Below are positions 37,123 to 45,231 of a DNA stretch of 64,000 nt, piece by piece (positions within the stretch are counted from its first letter, which is position 1; every line of letters starts with the position of its first letter). The stretch covers positions 21,395 to 85,394 of the forward strand of contig LFRS01000102.1 in assembly GCA_001512435.1 (NCBI GenBank), in the 5' to 3' direction. The stretch comes from Halothermothrix sp. DTU029 (GTDB lineage: Bacteria; Bacillota; Halanaerobiia; Halanaerobiales; DTU029). The position numbers and the translations under genes were made by a program. The notes beneath the pieces were generated by a model. That model did no database searches. It was not told the DNA's origin and saw only the letters and a program-made list of their open reading frames with translations.

Positions 37123-38415
37123 ATGATCAGGATAAGGGCTGTAGAGCCAGGTAGTATTGCAGAGGAATTAGAGATATTTCCTGGAGATTATCTTTTAAAG
37201 ATAGATGGAAAAGAGATCAGGGATTACATAGATTATCAGTATGGAATAGCAGCTGATTTTTTTGTATTAACAGTCGAAAAAGCTGATGGAGAGATCTGGG
37301 AGATAGAGATAGAAAAAGATGCAGATGAAAGTATAGGCCTGGTCTTTGATGATATTATTTTTGACCAGTTAAAATTATGTAAGAACAACTGTCTTTTTTG
37401 TTTTGTCAGACAACAACCAGGGGGTTTAAGGAAATCATTATTGCTCAAAGATGATGATTATCGTTTTTCTTTTTTACAGGGCAGTTTTATAACCCTTACT
37501 AATTTAAAAGAGGAAGATTTTAAGAGGATTGTTGATTATAATTTAAGTCCTCTTTATATATCAGTACATACTACCAATCCGGCCTTGAGGGTGGAAATGA
37601 TGAAAAACCCCCAGGCTGGAAGGATTATGGAACAGCTCAAATATCTAGCTGAAAGGGGCATTTCTTATCATACCCAATTGGTCCTGTGTCCTGGCTATAA
37701 TGATGGTACAGAGCTGGATAGATCAATAAAAGACTTAATTAGTCTATATCCCAATGTACTGTCCATTGGGGTTGTACCAGTAGGTTTAACAGAACATCGT
37801 TTCAACCTGCCTTTTCTTGAAAAATATACTAATTCCAGGGCCAAAGAAAGCCTTGCCCAGGTTAAAGAATGGCAGAAAAAGATTAAAGACTTGTACGGCA
37901 AAAACATTCTTTATGCTGCAGATGAGTTTTATTTTCTGGCTAATGATAGTATTCCACCAGTAGAAGAATACCATGATTTTTGCCAGTTGGAAAATGGTAT
38001 TGGCTTAACCCGTCTTCTGTGGGAAGAGTTTGCCAGCCTGTCATTACCTGAAAGTATACCTGTAAAAACAGTAGGTCTTATTACCGGTATCCTGGGCAAT
38101 AAGGCTTTAGCTCCTATAGTCAATAGATTACAGGAAATCCCCGGGCTGGATATTTATACTATTCCTGTAGAAAATGAGTTTTTTGGTAGTTCTGTTACAG
38201 TAACTGGCTTATTAACCGGACAAGATATTATTAATAAAATAAAACAATTAAGTAATAAACCAGAATATATAATAATTCCTGATATTGTTTTGAACCCTGT
38301 GGGCTTATTTTTAGATAACCTGACTGTTTCAGACCTGATAAAGGAGTTTCCGGAGCTCAAGATATATTTTGTGGCTAATTTAGAGGAAATGCTGGAGGTG
38401 TTATTGAATGGCTAA
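37123..38415 (+). CDS. DUF512 protein with N-terminal PDZ-like domain and radical-SAM-type CX3CX2C motif
   Basis: 430 aa with CKNNCLFC (Cys at i, i+4, i+7). Its stop overlaps the der start. Confidence 0.8.
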   Translation: MIRIRAVEPGSIAEELEIFPGDYLLKIDGKEIRDYIDYQYGIAADFFVLTVEKADGEIWEIEIEKDADESIGLVFDDIIFDQLKLCKNNCLFCFVRQQPGGLRKSLLLKDDDYRFSFLQGSFITLTNLKEEDFKRIVDYNLSPLYISVHTTNPALRVEMMKNPQAGRIMEQLKYLAERGISYHTQLVLCPGYNDGTELDRSIKDLISLYPNVLSIGVVPVGLTEHRFNLPFLEKYTNSRAKESLAQVKEWQKKIKDLYGKNILYAADEFYFLANDSIPPVEEYHDFCQLENGIGLTRLLWEEFASLSLPESIPVKTVGLITGILGNKALAPIVNRLQEIPGLDIYTIPVENEFFGSSVTVTGLLTGQDIINKIKQLSNKPEYIIIPDIVLNPVGLFLDNLTVSDLIKEFPELKIYFVANLEEMLEVLLNG

Positions 38416-39724
38416 ACCAGTAGTTGCTATAGTTGGTAGACCTAATGTTGGCAAGTCAACTTTATTTAATAGATTGGCCGGTAACCGTATTTCCATAGTG
38501 GAAAGTGAGCCGGGCATTACCAGAGATCGGATTTATGCTGATATTGAATGGTTAGAAAAATCTTTTATTCTGGTAGATACAGGTGGTATTGAGACAGATA
38601 GTGATGATCTGATTATTAAAAAAATGCGTCAACAGGCCCAACTAGCCATTGAGGAAGCAGACCTCCTCTTATTTGTTGTCGATGGCCGTAGTGGGATCAC
38701 AAATCTGGATCAGGAAATAGCTGATTATTTGAGGAAAACCAATAAAAAGATTTTATTATTAATAAATAAAGTAGATGATTTTTCCCTGGTAGATGAAATA
38801 ACCTGGCAATTCTATTCTCTGGGTTTTGAAGAGATCATTCCCATATCAGCTGAACATGGCAAAAATGTTGGGGATTTACTGGAAAAAATTGTGGACAATT
38901 TACCCCTGCTCGAAGATGATGAACTTGATAATGAGGCCTTAAATATTGCTATAATAGGTAAACCTAATGTAGGCAAATCTTCTCTTGTTAATTATTTAGC
39001 CGGTTATGAGCGGGTTATAGTCAGTGATATACCTGGAACTACCAGAGATGCTATTGATACCCTGGTAGAAATAAAGGGAGTCAAGTATAATCTAATAGAC
39101 ACAGCAGGAATGCGGCGGAAGGCCAGAATAAAGGATTCAGTAGAGTACTATAGTGTTATCAGGACCATCAGGGCAATTGACCGGGCTGATGCAGTCCTGA
39201 TGTTGATTGATGCTACTGAAGGGGTTACTGGCCAGGATAAAAAGATTGTAGGCTATGCCCATGATAATGGTAAGGCCATTGTCCTGGCTGTCAACAAATG
39301 GGACCTGGTTGAGAAAGAAACTAATACCATGGAGGAATACAAAAAAGAAATCTATAATGAGCTTAAATTTATAAATTATGCCCCAATAACCTTTATCTCT
39401 GCCCTGACAGGAAAGAGGGTTCCAGAAGCCCTGGAATTGTTGGAATATGTTATTGATCAAAATTCCTTGCGGATCAAAACCGGCTTATTAAATGAAGTCC
39501 TTGAAGAAGCATTTCTCTTAAGAGAACCACCAGGATATAGGGGTAAGAAATTGAAGTTATATTACGCAACTCAGGTTGCTATTAAACCACCTACTTTTCT
39601 TCTTTTTGTCAATGATCCTGAACTAATGCATTTTTCCTATGAACGGTATCTTGAGAATGCTTTACGGAAAGCCTTTGGTTTTATTGGTACTACAATTAGA
39701 ATTAACTTGAAAAAGAGGGATTAG
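38408..39724 (+). CDS. der: Ribosome biogenesis GTPase Der (EngA)
   Basis: Two tandem GTPase domains (GRPNVGKST and GKPNVGKSS) plus a KH-like C-terminus. Confidence 0.95.
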   Translation: MAKPVVAIVGRPNVGKSTLFNRLAGNRISIVESEPGITRDRIYADIEWLEKSFILVDTGGIETDSDDLIIKKMRQQAQLAIEEADLLLFVVDGRSGITNLDQEIADYLRKTNKKILLLINKVDDFSLVDEITWQFYSLGFEEIIPISAEHGKNVGDLLEKIVDNLPLLEDDELDNEALNIAIIGKPNVGKSSLVNYLAGYERVIVSDIPGTTRDAIDTLVEIKGVKYNLIDTAGMRRKARIKDSVEYYSVIRTIRAIDRADAVLMLIDATEGVTGQDKKIVGYAHDNGKAIVLAVNKWDLVEKETNTMEEYKKEIYNELKFINYAPITFISALTGKRVPEALELLEYVIDQNSLRIKTGLLNEVLEEAFLLREPPGYRGKKLKLYYATQVAIKPPTFLLFVNDPELMHFSYERYLENALRKAFGFIGTTIRINLKKRD

Positions 39725-39735
39725 GGGAGGTTTCT

Positions 39736-40359
39736 ATGCTGAATTTTTTAATAGTAATACTTATTTCATACCTACTGGGGGCCATACCCTTTGCCTATAT
39801 TATGACCAGATTACTTACAGGGAAAGATGTTAGAGAACATGGCAGTGGTAATGTCGGTGCTACCAATGCTGGCAGACTACTGGGGTTTAAATATGGCTTT
39901 TTAGTGGCACTTTTAGATGTCTTAAAGGCTATTCTGGCCGTAAGTATAGCAAGAAGCCTCTTGTCGCCAGAATTAGCCAGGTATTATCTTTTAATTGCAG
40001 CCTCTTTTGTAATTATTGGCCATAATTGGTCAGTTTTTCTTAGATTTATGGGTGGCAAAGGAGTGGCAACTACCTGTGGGGTGATTTTTACTCTTTTTCC
40101 CCTGGGCTTCATTATCTTTTTTATAATCTGGCTTATTGTCCTTTTACTAAGCCGCTATGTTTCTCTGGCTTCTATTATTAGTGGGGCCTGTCTTCCTTTA
40201 ATTATTTATTTTTTAAAGGGAGATATCTATGATCTAATTTTTGCCCTTATTTTTGCCCTTTTAATTATTTTAAGACACAGGACAAACATTATAAGGTTAT
40301 TAAATAAAACTGAAGATAAAATAAGATGGCCTTTAATTAACAGGAAAGGTGATTTATAG
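39736..40359 (+). CDS. plsY: Glycerol-3-phosphate acyltransferase PlsY
   Basis: 207-aa membrane protein with a GSGNVGATN motif. Confidence 0.93.
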   Translation: MLNFLIVILISYLLGAIPFAYIMTRLLTGKDVREHGSGNVGATNAGRLLGFKYGFLVALLDVLKAILAVSIARSLLSPELARYYLLIAASFVIIGHNWSVFLRFMGGKGVATTCGVIFTLFPLGFIIFFIIWLIVLLLSRYVSLASIISGACLPLIIYFLKGDIYDLIFALIFALLIILRHRTNIIRLLNKTEDKIRWPLINRKGDL

Positions 40360-41372
40360 TGTTGGAGAAAATCGCTATTATCGGTGGCGGTAGTTGGGGA
40401 ACTGCTATAGGACAGGTTTTTGCCTCCAATGGACATGAAGTCTTAATATATGTCCGGGATAAAGAATTGAAGGAGAATATTAATAAATTGAGTATAAATA
40501 CTAAATATTTTCCGGAAATAAAGCTTTCAGATAAAATCAGGGCAACTGATTCTCTGGAGGAAGCTGTTCTTTTTGGCAAAATCATTGTACTGGCTGTTCC
40601 TACTTATGTTAATCGCCAGATCCTTGCATCTATAAAAAATATAATTAAGAAAGACCAGGTCATTGTTTCTACAGCAAAAGGAATGGAAGAGGGTACTTTT
40701 CTCCGTAATTCCCAAATTATAAAGGAGTATACAGATACCCCCCTGGTCGTTTTATCAGGACCTAGTCATGCTGAAGAGGTTATGCGAGAATTGCCTACAA
40801 CCGTTGTTGCTGCAGGAGAGGACAGGAAAGCAGCTCAGCTGATCCAGCAATTAATGAGTTCTTCTAAATTTAGAGTTTATACAAATCCAGATATAATAGG
40901 TGTAGAAATTGCCGGGGCTATTAAAAATGTTATTGCTATTGCAGCAGGAATTTCAGATGGGCTTGGCTATGGAGACAACACAAAGGCTGCTTTAATTACC
41001 CGGGGTTTATATGAAATGAGTAAAATCGGTATTTCTATGGGTGGAGAATTATTGACCTTTGCTGGCTTAAGTGGTATGGGGGATTTGGTGGTAACCTGTA
41101 CCAGTAAATATAGTAGGAATAGGAATCTGGGAGTAAAGATAGGAGAAGGTTTGACTTTGAATGAAGCCTTAGAAGAAATCAAGCAAACCGTGGAAGGAGT
41201 GCGTACAACTAAGGCGTTTTATGAATGGTATCATAAAACTGACCATGATTATGAAATACCTATAACCAGTCAAATTTATAAGGTGCTTTTTGAAAAAAAG
41301 ACACCACTTCAGGCAGTTGATGACTTAATGTTACGAGATCCAAAAGAAGAAATAAAAGTAGTTGAAAAATAA
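40359..41372 (+). CDS. gpsA: NAD(P)H-dependent glycerol-3-phosphate dehydrogenase
   Basis: IGGGSWGTA Rossmann motif. GTG start overlapping the plsY stop by 1 nt. Confidence 0.93.
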   Translation: MLEKIAIIGGGSWGTAIGQVFASNGHEVLIYVRDKELKENINKLSINTKYFPEIKLSDKIRATDSLEEAVLFGKIIVLAVPTYVNRQILASIKNIIKKDQVIVSTAKGMEEGTFLRNSQIIKEYTDTPLVVLSGPSHAEEVMRELPTTVVAAGEDRKAAQLIQQLMSSSKFRVYTNPDIIGVEIAGAIKNVIAIAAGISDGLGYGDNTKAALITRGLYEMSKIGISMGGELLTFAGLSGMGDLVVTCTSKYSRNRNLGVKIGEGLTLNEALEEIKQTVEGVRTTKAFYEWYHKTDHDYEIPITSQIYKVLFEKKTPLQAVDDLMLRDPKEEIKVVEK

Positions 41373-41401
41373 GATAACTGCTAATAGCTAGTAAAATTAA
41401 G

Positions 41402-41431
41402 AGGCTATCTCAAGAGAGATGGTCTTTTTTT
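41402..41431 (+). terminator. Intrinsic terminator after gpsA
   Basis: AGGCTATCTC-aaga-GAGATGGTCT (with two G-U pairs) followed by TTTTTT. Confidence 0.65.
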
Positions 41432-41705
41432 ATTGGCAAATAATAAGCTGAAGAAAGTGTCTACTAACTGTAATATAGAAATAAAATAAATAATATATTT
41501 TACATAGGACTTCTAATAGTGCCTGATAATATAGCTTTTAAGTAGTAATATTTTAGACTTGCCTTCATATATATATATTGATGTTTATTACTTGCCCCTG
41601 GTTAGATATTAAAAATCATTATAAAAAGAAAATTTTTATTAGGAGGGATGAAAAGAGTAAGTGTATGACTTTATTTCTTAAAATAATAGAAAAGGAGGGG
41701 AAGAA

Positions 41706-43184
41706 GTGGAAGAATTTGATTTATACAGGGATATAAGTGAAAGAACTAATGGTGATATCTACATAGGAGTTGTGGGGCCTGTAAGGACAGGAAAATCAAC
41801 ATTTATAAAAAAATTTATGGAAGAATATGTATTGCCTCTAATAAAGGATAAATATATCAAAGAACGTTCTAAAGATGAGCTGCCACAGAGTGCCAGTGGT
41901 AAAACCATTATGACAACAGAACCTAAGTTTGTGCCTGAAGAAGCTATCAGGGTAGAGATAGGGGAAAATATTCATTTTAAAGTGAGAATGATTGATTGTG
42001 TTGGCTATACTGTCCCTGGTGCCCAGGGTTATGAGGATGAAAATGGTCCTCGCATGGTCTCAACACCATGGTATTCTCATGATATTCCTTTTCAAGAGGC
42101 TGCTGAACTGGGTACTCAAAAAGTAATTAGAGAGCATTCTACTATAGGTCTGGTTATAACTACTGATGGGAGTTTTACGGAAATTTCCAGACATAATTTT
42201 TTAATGGCTGAAGAAAGGGTAATTAATGAACTGAAGGAAATAGGAAAACCCTTTATTGTTATTTTGAACTCTGCTAAACCTGAGGATGAAAAAACAATTC
42301 AATTAGCAGAAAAACTAAGTGCTAAATATGCTGTACCTGTTTTACCCCTTGATTGCTTGCATTTAAAAAGGGATAATATTGAAACAATACTGCGTAATAT
42401 TCTTTACGAATTTCCTATCAGGGAAATATATATAGATTTACCATCATGGGTGAAAGGCCTGCCAGAAGACAACAAAATCCGCAAGAGCTTTGATGAAAGT
42501 GTTTTAAAGTCAATTGAAGAGGCAGAAAAGCTCCGGGATATTGAAGATGTAGTTCTCCGCCTTGCCGATAATGATTATGCCCAGGAAGTCTATCTGGAAA
42601 GTGTAGACCTGGGAGCAGGTATAGCACAAATAGCTATTGGAGTACAGGAAAATCTATTTTATCAGACTCTGGAAGAAATCAGTGGCTTTACAATTAGCAA
42701 TGATCTTGACCTACTTTCTCTGGTTAGGGATTTAAGTGTGGCCAAAAGAGAATATGATCGGATTGCCGGGGCTTTAGCAGATGTTAAAGAAAAGGGTTAT
42801 GGTATAGTAACACCATCTTTAGAAGATATGATTTTTGATGAGCCTGAAATTATCAAAAGAGGCAATCAATTTGGGGTAAAATTAAAGGCTAATGCTCCTT
42901 CTATTCATATGATCAGGGCTGATATAAATGCTGAAGTTTCACCTGTTGTTGGTACGGAAAAACAATCAGAGGAGTTAATATTATTCTTGCAGAAGGATTT
43001 TGAGGATAATCCAGAAGACATCTGGGAAACAGAGTTTTTAGGCCGTTCTCTTCATGATATAATGAAAGAAGGCATTGCCAATAAACTATATAGAATGCCA
43101 GAATCTGCTCAATACAAGATTAAGGATACCATAGAGAAGATCGTTAATGAAGGTAGTGGCGGATTAATCTGCATAATTCTATAG
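41706..43184 (+). CDS. spoIVA: Stage IV sporulation protein A
   Basis: 492 aa with N-terminus YIGVVGPVRTGKSTFIKKFM (Walker A). GTG start with SD AAGGAGGGG. Confidence 0.93.
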   Translation: MEEFDLYRDISERTNGDIYIGVVGPVRTGKSTFIKKFMEEYVLPLIKDKYIKERSKDELPQSASGKTIMTTEPKFVPEEAIRVEIGENIHFKVRMIDCVGYTVPGAQGYEDENGPRMVSTPWYSHDIPFQEAAELGTQKVIREHSTIGLVITTDGSFTEISRHNFLMAEERVINELKEIGKPFIVILNSAKPEDEKTIQLAEKLSAKYAVPVLPLDCLHLKRDNIETILRNILYEFPIREIYIDLPSWVKGLPEDNKIRKSFDESVLKSIEEAEKLRDIEDVVLRLADNDYAQEVYLESVDLGAGIAQIAIGVQENLFYQTLEEISGFTISNDLDLLSLVRDLSVAKREYDRIAGALADVKEKGYGIVTPSLEDMIFDEPEIIKRGNQFGVKLKANAPSIHMIRADINAEVSPVVGTEKQSEELILFLQKDFEDNPEDIWETEFLGRSLHDIMKEGIANKLYRMPESAQYKIKDTIEKIVNEGSGGLICIIL

Positions 43185-43201
43185 CCGGCGTATTTTTTTA
43201 A

Positions 43202-43239
43202 AGGGCTTGAGGGAAAATATCCTTAAGCCCTATTTTTTT
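43202..43239 (+). terminator. Intrinsic terminator after spoIVA
   Basis: AGGGCTTGAGG-8 nt-CCTTAAGCCCT followed by a T7 run. Confidence 0.7.
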
Positions 43240-43344
43240 ATCTTTTTTTAAAAAAAAATACATAAACATGCAGGAGATTATTGTTATATCGCGAATATTA
43301 AGTAATGAAATTATTATGCAAGGAACAAAGGGGGGTGACAATGA

Positions 43345-43644
43345 ATGACTAAAACCGATTTAATCGATGCTGTTGCAGAAAAAACTGGTTTAACCAAAAA
43401 AGATTCAGGTGAGGCTGTAAACGCGGTCTTTAATACCATTGTTGAATTTTTAAGTGGTGAAGCCCGCAAAGCTGAAGCTAAAAGGGAAAGTGTACAGATT
43501 ATTGGGTTTGGTACATTTGAAGTCAGGGATCGTAGTGAAAGAAAAGGAAGGAATCCTCAAACTGGGGAGGAAATTATGATTCCTGCAAGGTCAGTTCCAG
43601 TATTTAGAGCTGGAAAGTCTTTTAAAGATTCAGTAGAAGGCTAA
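43345..43644 (+). CDS. hup: DNA-binding protein HU
   Basis: 99 aa: [20 protein letters not shown]...[10 protein letters not shown]... Confidence 0.93.
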   Translation: MTKTDLIDAVAEKTGLTKKDSGEAVNAVFNTIVEFLSGEARKAEAKRESVQIIGFGTFEVRDRSERKGRNPQTGEEIMIPARSVPVFRAGKSFKDSVEG

Positions 43645-43673
43645 AATTGTTTTATACATATTTTATAGCCATG

Positions 43674-43705
43674 AGAAAGGATTTGTAAAAATCCTTTCTT
43701 TTTTT
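43674..43705 (+). terminator. Intrinsic terminator after hup
   Basis: AGAAAGGATTT-gtaa-AAATCCTTTCT followed by a T run. Confidence 0.75.
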
Positions 43706-43793
43706 ATACCAGAAAAAAATAGTATTTGGGTAAAACAGAGGGGGGTATAAAAATAATAAATTAATTATATACTATCAGCAAGGGAGTGATAGT

Positions 43794-43949
43794 ATGAAGA
43801 AAAGTAAAATAAAGAAGAAGGAAAAAAGGCAAAAAGAACCTGTCATAATGCCAGAAGCTGCCTATGATCTAAGTCCAGATGATATCGAAATAGGAGATGA
43901 CCTAATAGCCAATAGAGAGATTAAGAAGGAAAAGAAAAAGAAAGAGTAG
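43794..43949 (+). CDS. Small Lys/Glu-rich hypothetical protein (51 aa)
   Basis: Not in the ORF track: MKKSKIKKKEKRQKEPVIMPEAAYDLSPDDIEIGDDLIANREIKKEKKKKE. SD AGGGAGTG lies 5 nt upstream, and the gene has its own terminator downstream. Confidence 0.35.
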   Translation: MKKSKIKKKEKRQKEPVIMPEAAYDLSPDDIEIGDDLIANREIKKEKKKKE

Positions 43950-43957
43950 CAGGAAAA

Positions 43958-43975
43958 GGGGCTTAGCCCCTTTTT
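43958..43975 (+). terminator. Intrinsic terminator after the 51-aa ORF
   Basis: GGGGC-tta-GCCCC followed by TTTTT. Confidence 0.5.
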
Positions 43976-44095
43976 ATTATAATCCTTGCTTAAGAAAAGT
44001 AAAAAACACAGGATGTTCAAAGAAGATTTTTTAGAGGTCTGTGTCACATATGCTTGACTTCTCTAGAAAGTAGAGGATGAAAATAAAGCATTAAA

Positions 44096-44124
44096 CTTGA
44101 AGAAGAAAATAAATTAAGGTATAA
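44096..44124 (+). promoter_or_regulatory. Sigma-A type promoter for the 106-aa ORF / phosphatidyltransferase pair
   Basis: TTGAAG (44096-101), a 17-nt spacer, then TATAAT (44119-24). Confidence 0.5.
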
Positions 44125-44218
44125 TAAAATAATGTTAAATGTTTTTAAGCACTCTCCAGGACTTATAAATTACTGATATCTGACAGCCCTGTGATACTGT
44201 AATAAGGAGGCATGCATT

Positions 44219-44539
44219 ATGGGTATATTAAATTTTTTAAAAAAATTATTTCCAACAGCTCAGAATACTAATATTATTACAATCTACTTACGAGATAAAA
44301 AATGTAAGGAGAGAATTAAGGTATTAGCCCGCAAAAGTTATGATATCCACACCCTCTATGAAGAGGAGGGGGAAGCAGCTTATCGCTTAAGCAAAGTGGT
44401 TGTCTGCAATAATTGCTATAATAAAATTTATTTAACCCTGGATTTTGACCGTAATTATAATATTATTAAGGAAGAGGTCAAGGGTGGCGATATTATTAGT
44501 GAAGAGGAATATAATAAAGAGGAAAATGGAAGTGATTAA
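44219..44539 (+). CDS. Hypothetical protein (106 aa), translationally coupled to the downstream phosphatidyltransferase
   Basis: SD AAGGAGG upstream, and the stop lies 2 nt before the next start. Contains a CNNC motif plus one further Cys. I recognise no family. Confidence 0.45.
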   Translation: MGILNFLKKLFPTAQNTNIITIYLRDKKCKERIKVLARKSYDIHTLYEEEGEAAYRLSKVVVCNNCYNKIYLTLDFDRNYNIIKEEVKGGDIISEEEYNKEENGSD

Positions 44540-44541
44540 AA

Positions 44542-45066
44542 ATGTCTGCGATACCAAACTTACTATCCATTACCAGAATTATATTGATACCTATTTATCT
44601 CTATTTTTTTATGAATGCTAATTATCTAACTGCTGGAATCTTATTTTCAATTTCTGCCATTACGGATTTTTTTGATGGTTATATTGCCAGAAAATATGAT
44701 TCTGTAACAAAATTAGGCCGGATTCTGGATCCTTTTGCTGACAAATTAACAATTATCAGTATTTTAATTGCTCTAATTATCTCGAAGATCATTCCTGTTT
44801 TTATCCCAATTATATTATTGGCAAGAGAGCTTTTAATTTTCCTTGGATCCATTGTTGCTTATTTACTTGGATTTGATTTCATCCACCCAAGTAAACTGGG
44901 GAAATTTTCTATCTTCCTCTTATACCTGGCTATTGCTTTACAATTAATAGGTATTAAGATCTTGGCCAGGGGCCTGTTTTATATAGTTATACCTCTTAAT
45001 ATCTTTTCTGGCTTAAATTATGTTTACACAACTATTAAATATTTGTCAAATAAAAAAAATAAATAA
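44542..45066 (+). CDS. CDP-alcohol phosphatidyltransferase family protein (PgsA-like)
   Basis: DGYIARKYDSVTKLGRILDPFADKL matches the D-G-x2-A-R-x8-G-x3-D-x3-D motif. 174-aa membrane protein. Confidence 0.8.
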   Translation: MSAIPNLLSITRIILIPIYLYFFMNANYLTAGILFSISAITDFFDGYIARKYDSVTKLGRILDPFADKLTIISILIALIISKIIPVFIPIILLARELLIFLGSIVAYLLGFDFIHPSKLGKFSIFLLYLAIALQLIGIKILARGLFYIVIPLNIFSGLNYVYTTIKYLSNKKNK

Positions 45067-45084
45067 GCTTATTTAGCTTTTAAA

Positions 45085-45112
45085 AAAGACAGCATTAAAA
45101 GGCTGTCTTTTT
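45085..45112 (+). terminator. Intrinsic terminator after the phosphatidyltransferase gene
   Basis: AAAGACAGC-8 nt-GCTGTCTTT followed by TT. Confidence 0.65.
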
Positions 45113-45231
45113 CTGTTTTATAAACACGGAAAAAAAATTTCCCCATTGACAAAGTAATACATTATCTATAAAGGAAATAAATGGTTTATAAAGAAATCTT
45201 ATTATGATGCCAAACAGAAGGGGGGATGTAA

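Noticed and set aside
41432-41705. Sigma-E promoter and mini-ORFs (MKRVSV, MTLFLKII...) upstream of spoIVA
   Set aside because: I could not align a convincing sigma-E -35/-10 pair by eye. The mini-ORFs either lack proper SD spacing or overlap the spoIVA start out of frame.
43862-44047. 61-aa minus-strand ORF
   Set aside because: It lies antisense to the better-supported 51-aa + strand ORF and its terminator. It has no SD and a hydrophobic low-complexity product.
45146-45172. Promoter TTGACA ... TATAAA upstream of the 418-aa orphan
   Set aside because: The hexamers are good but the spacer is only 15 nt, so I did not list it as a feature. It may still function.
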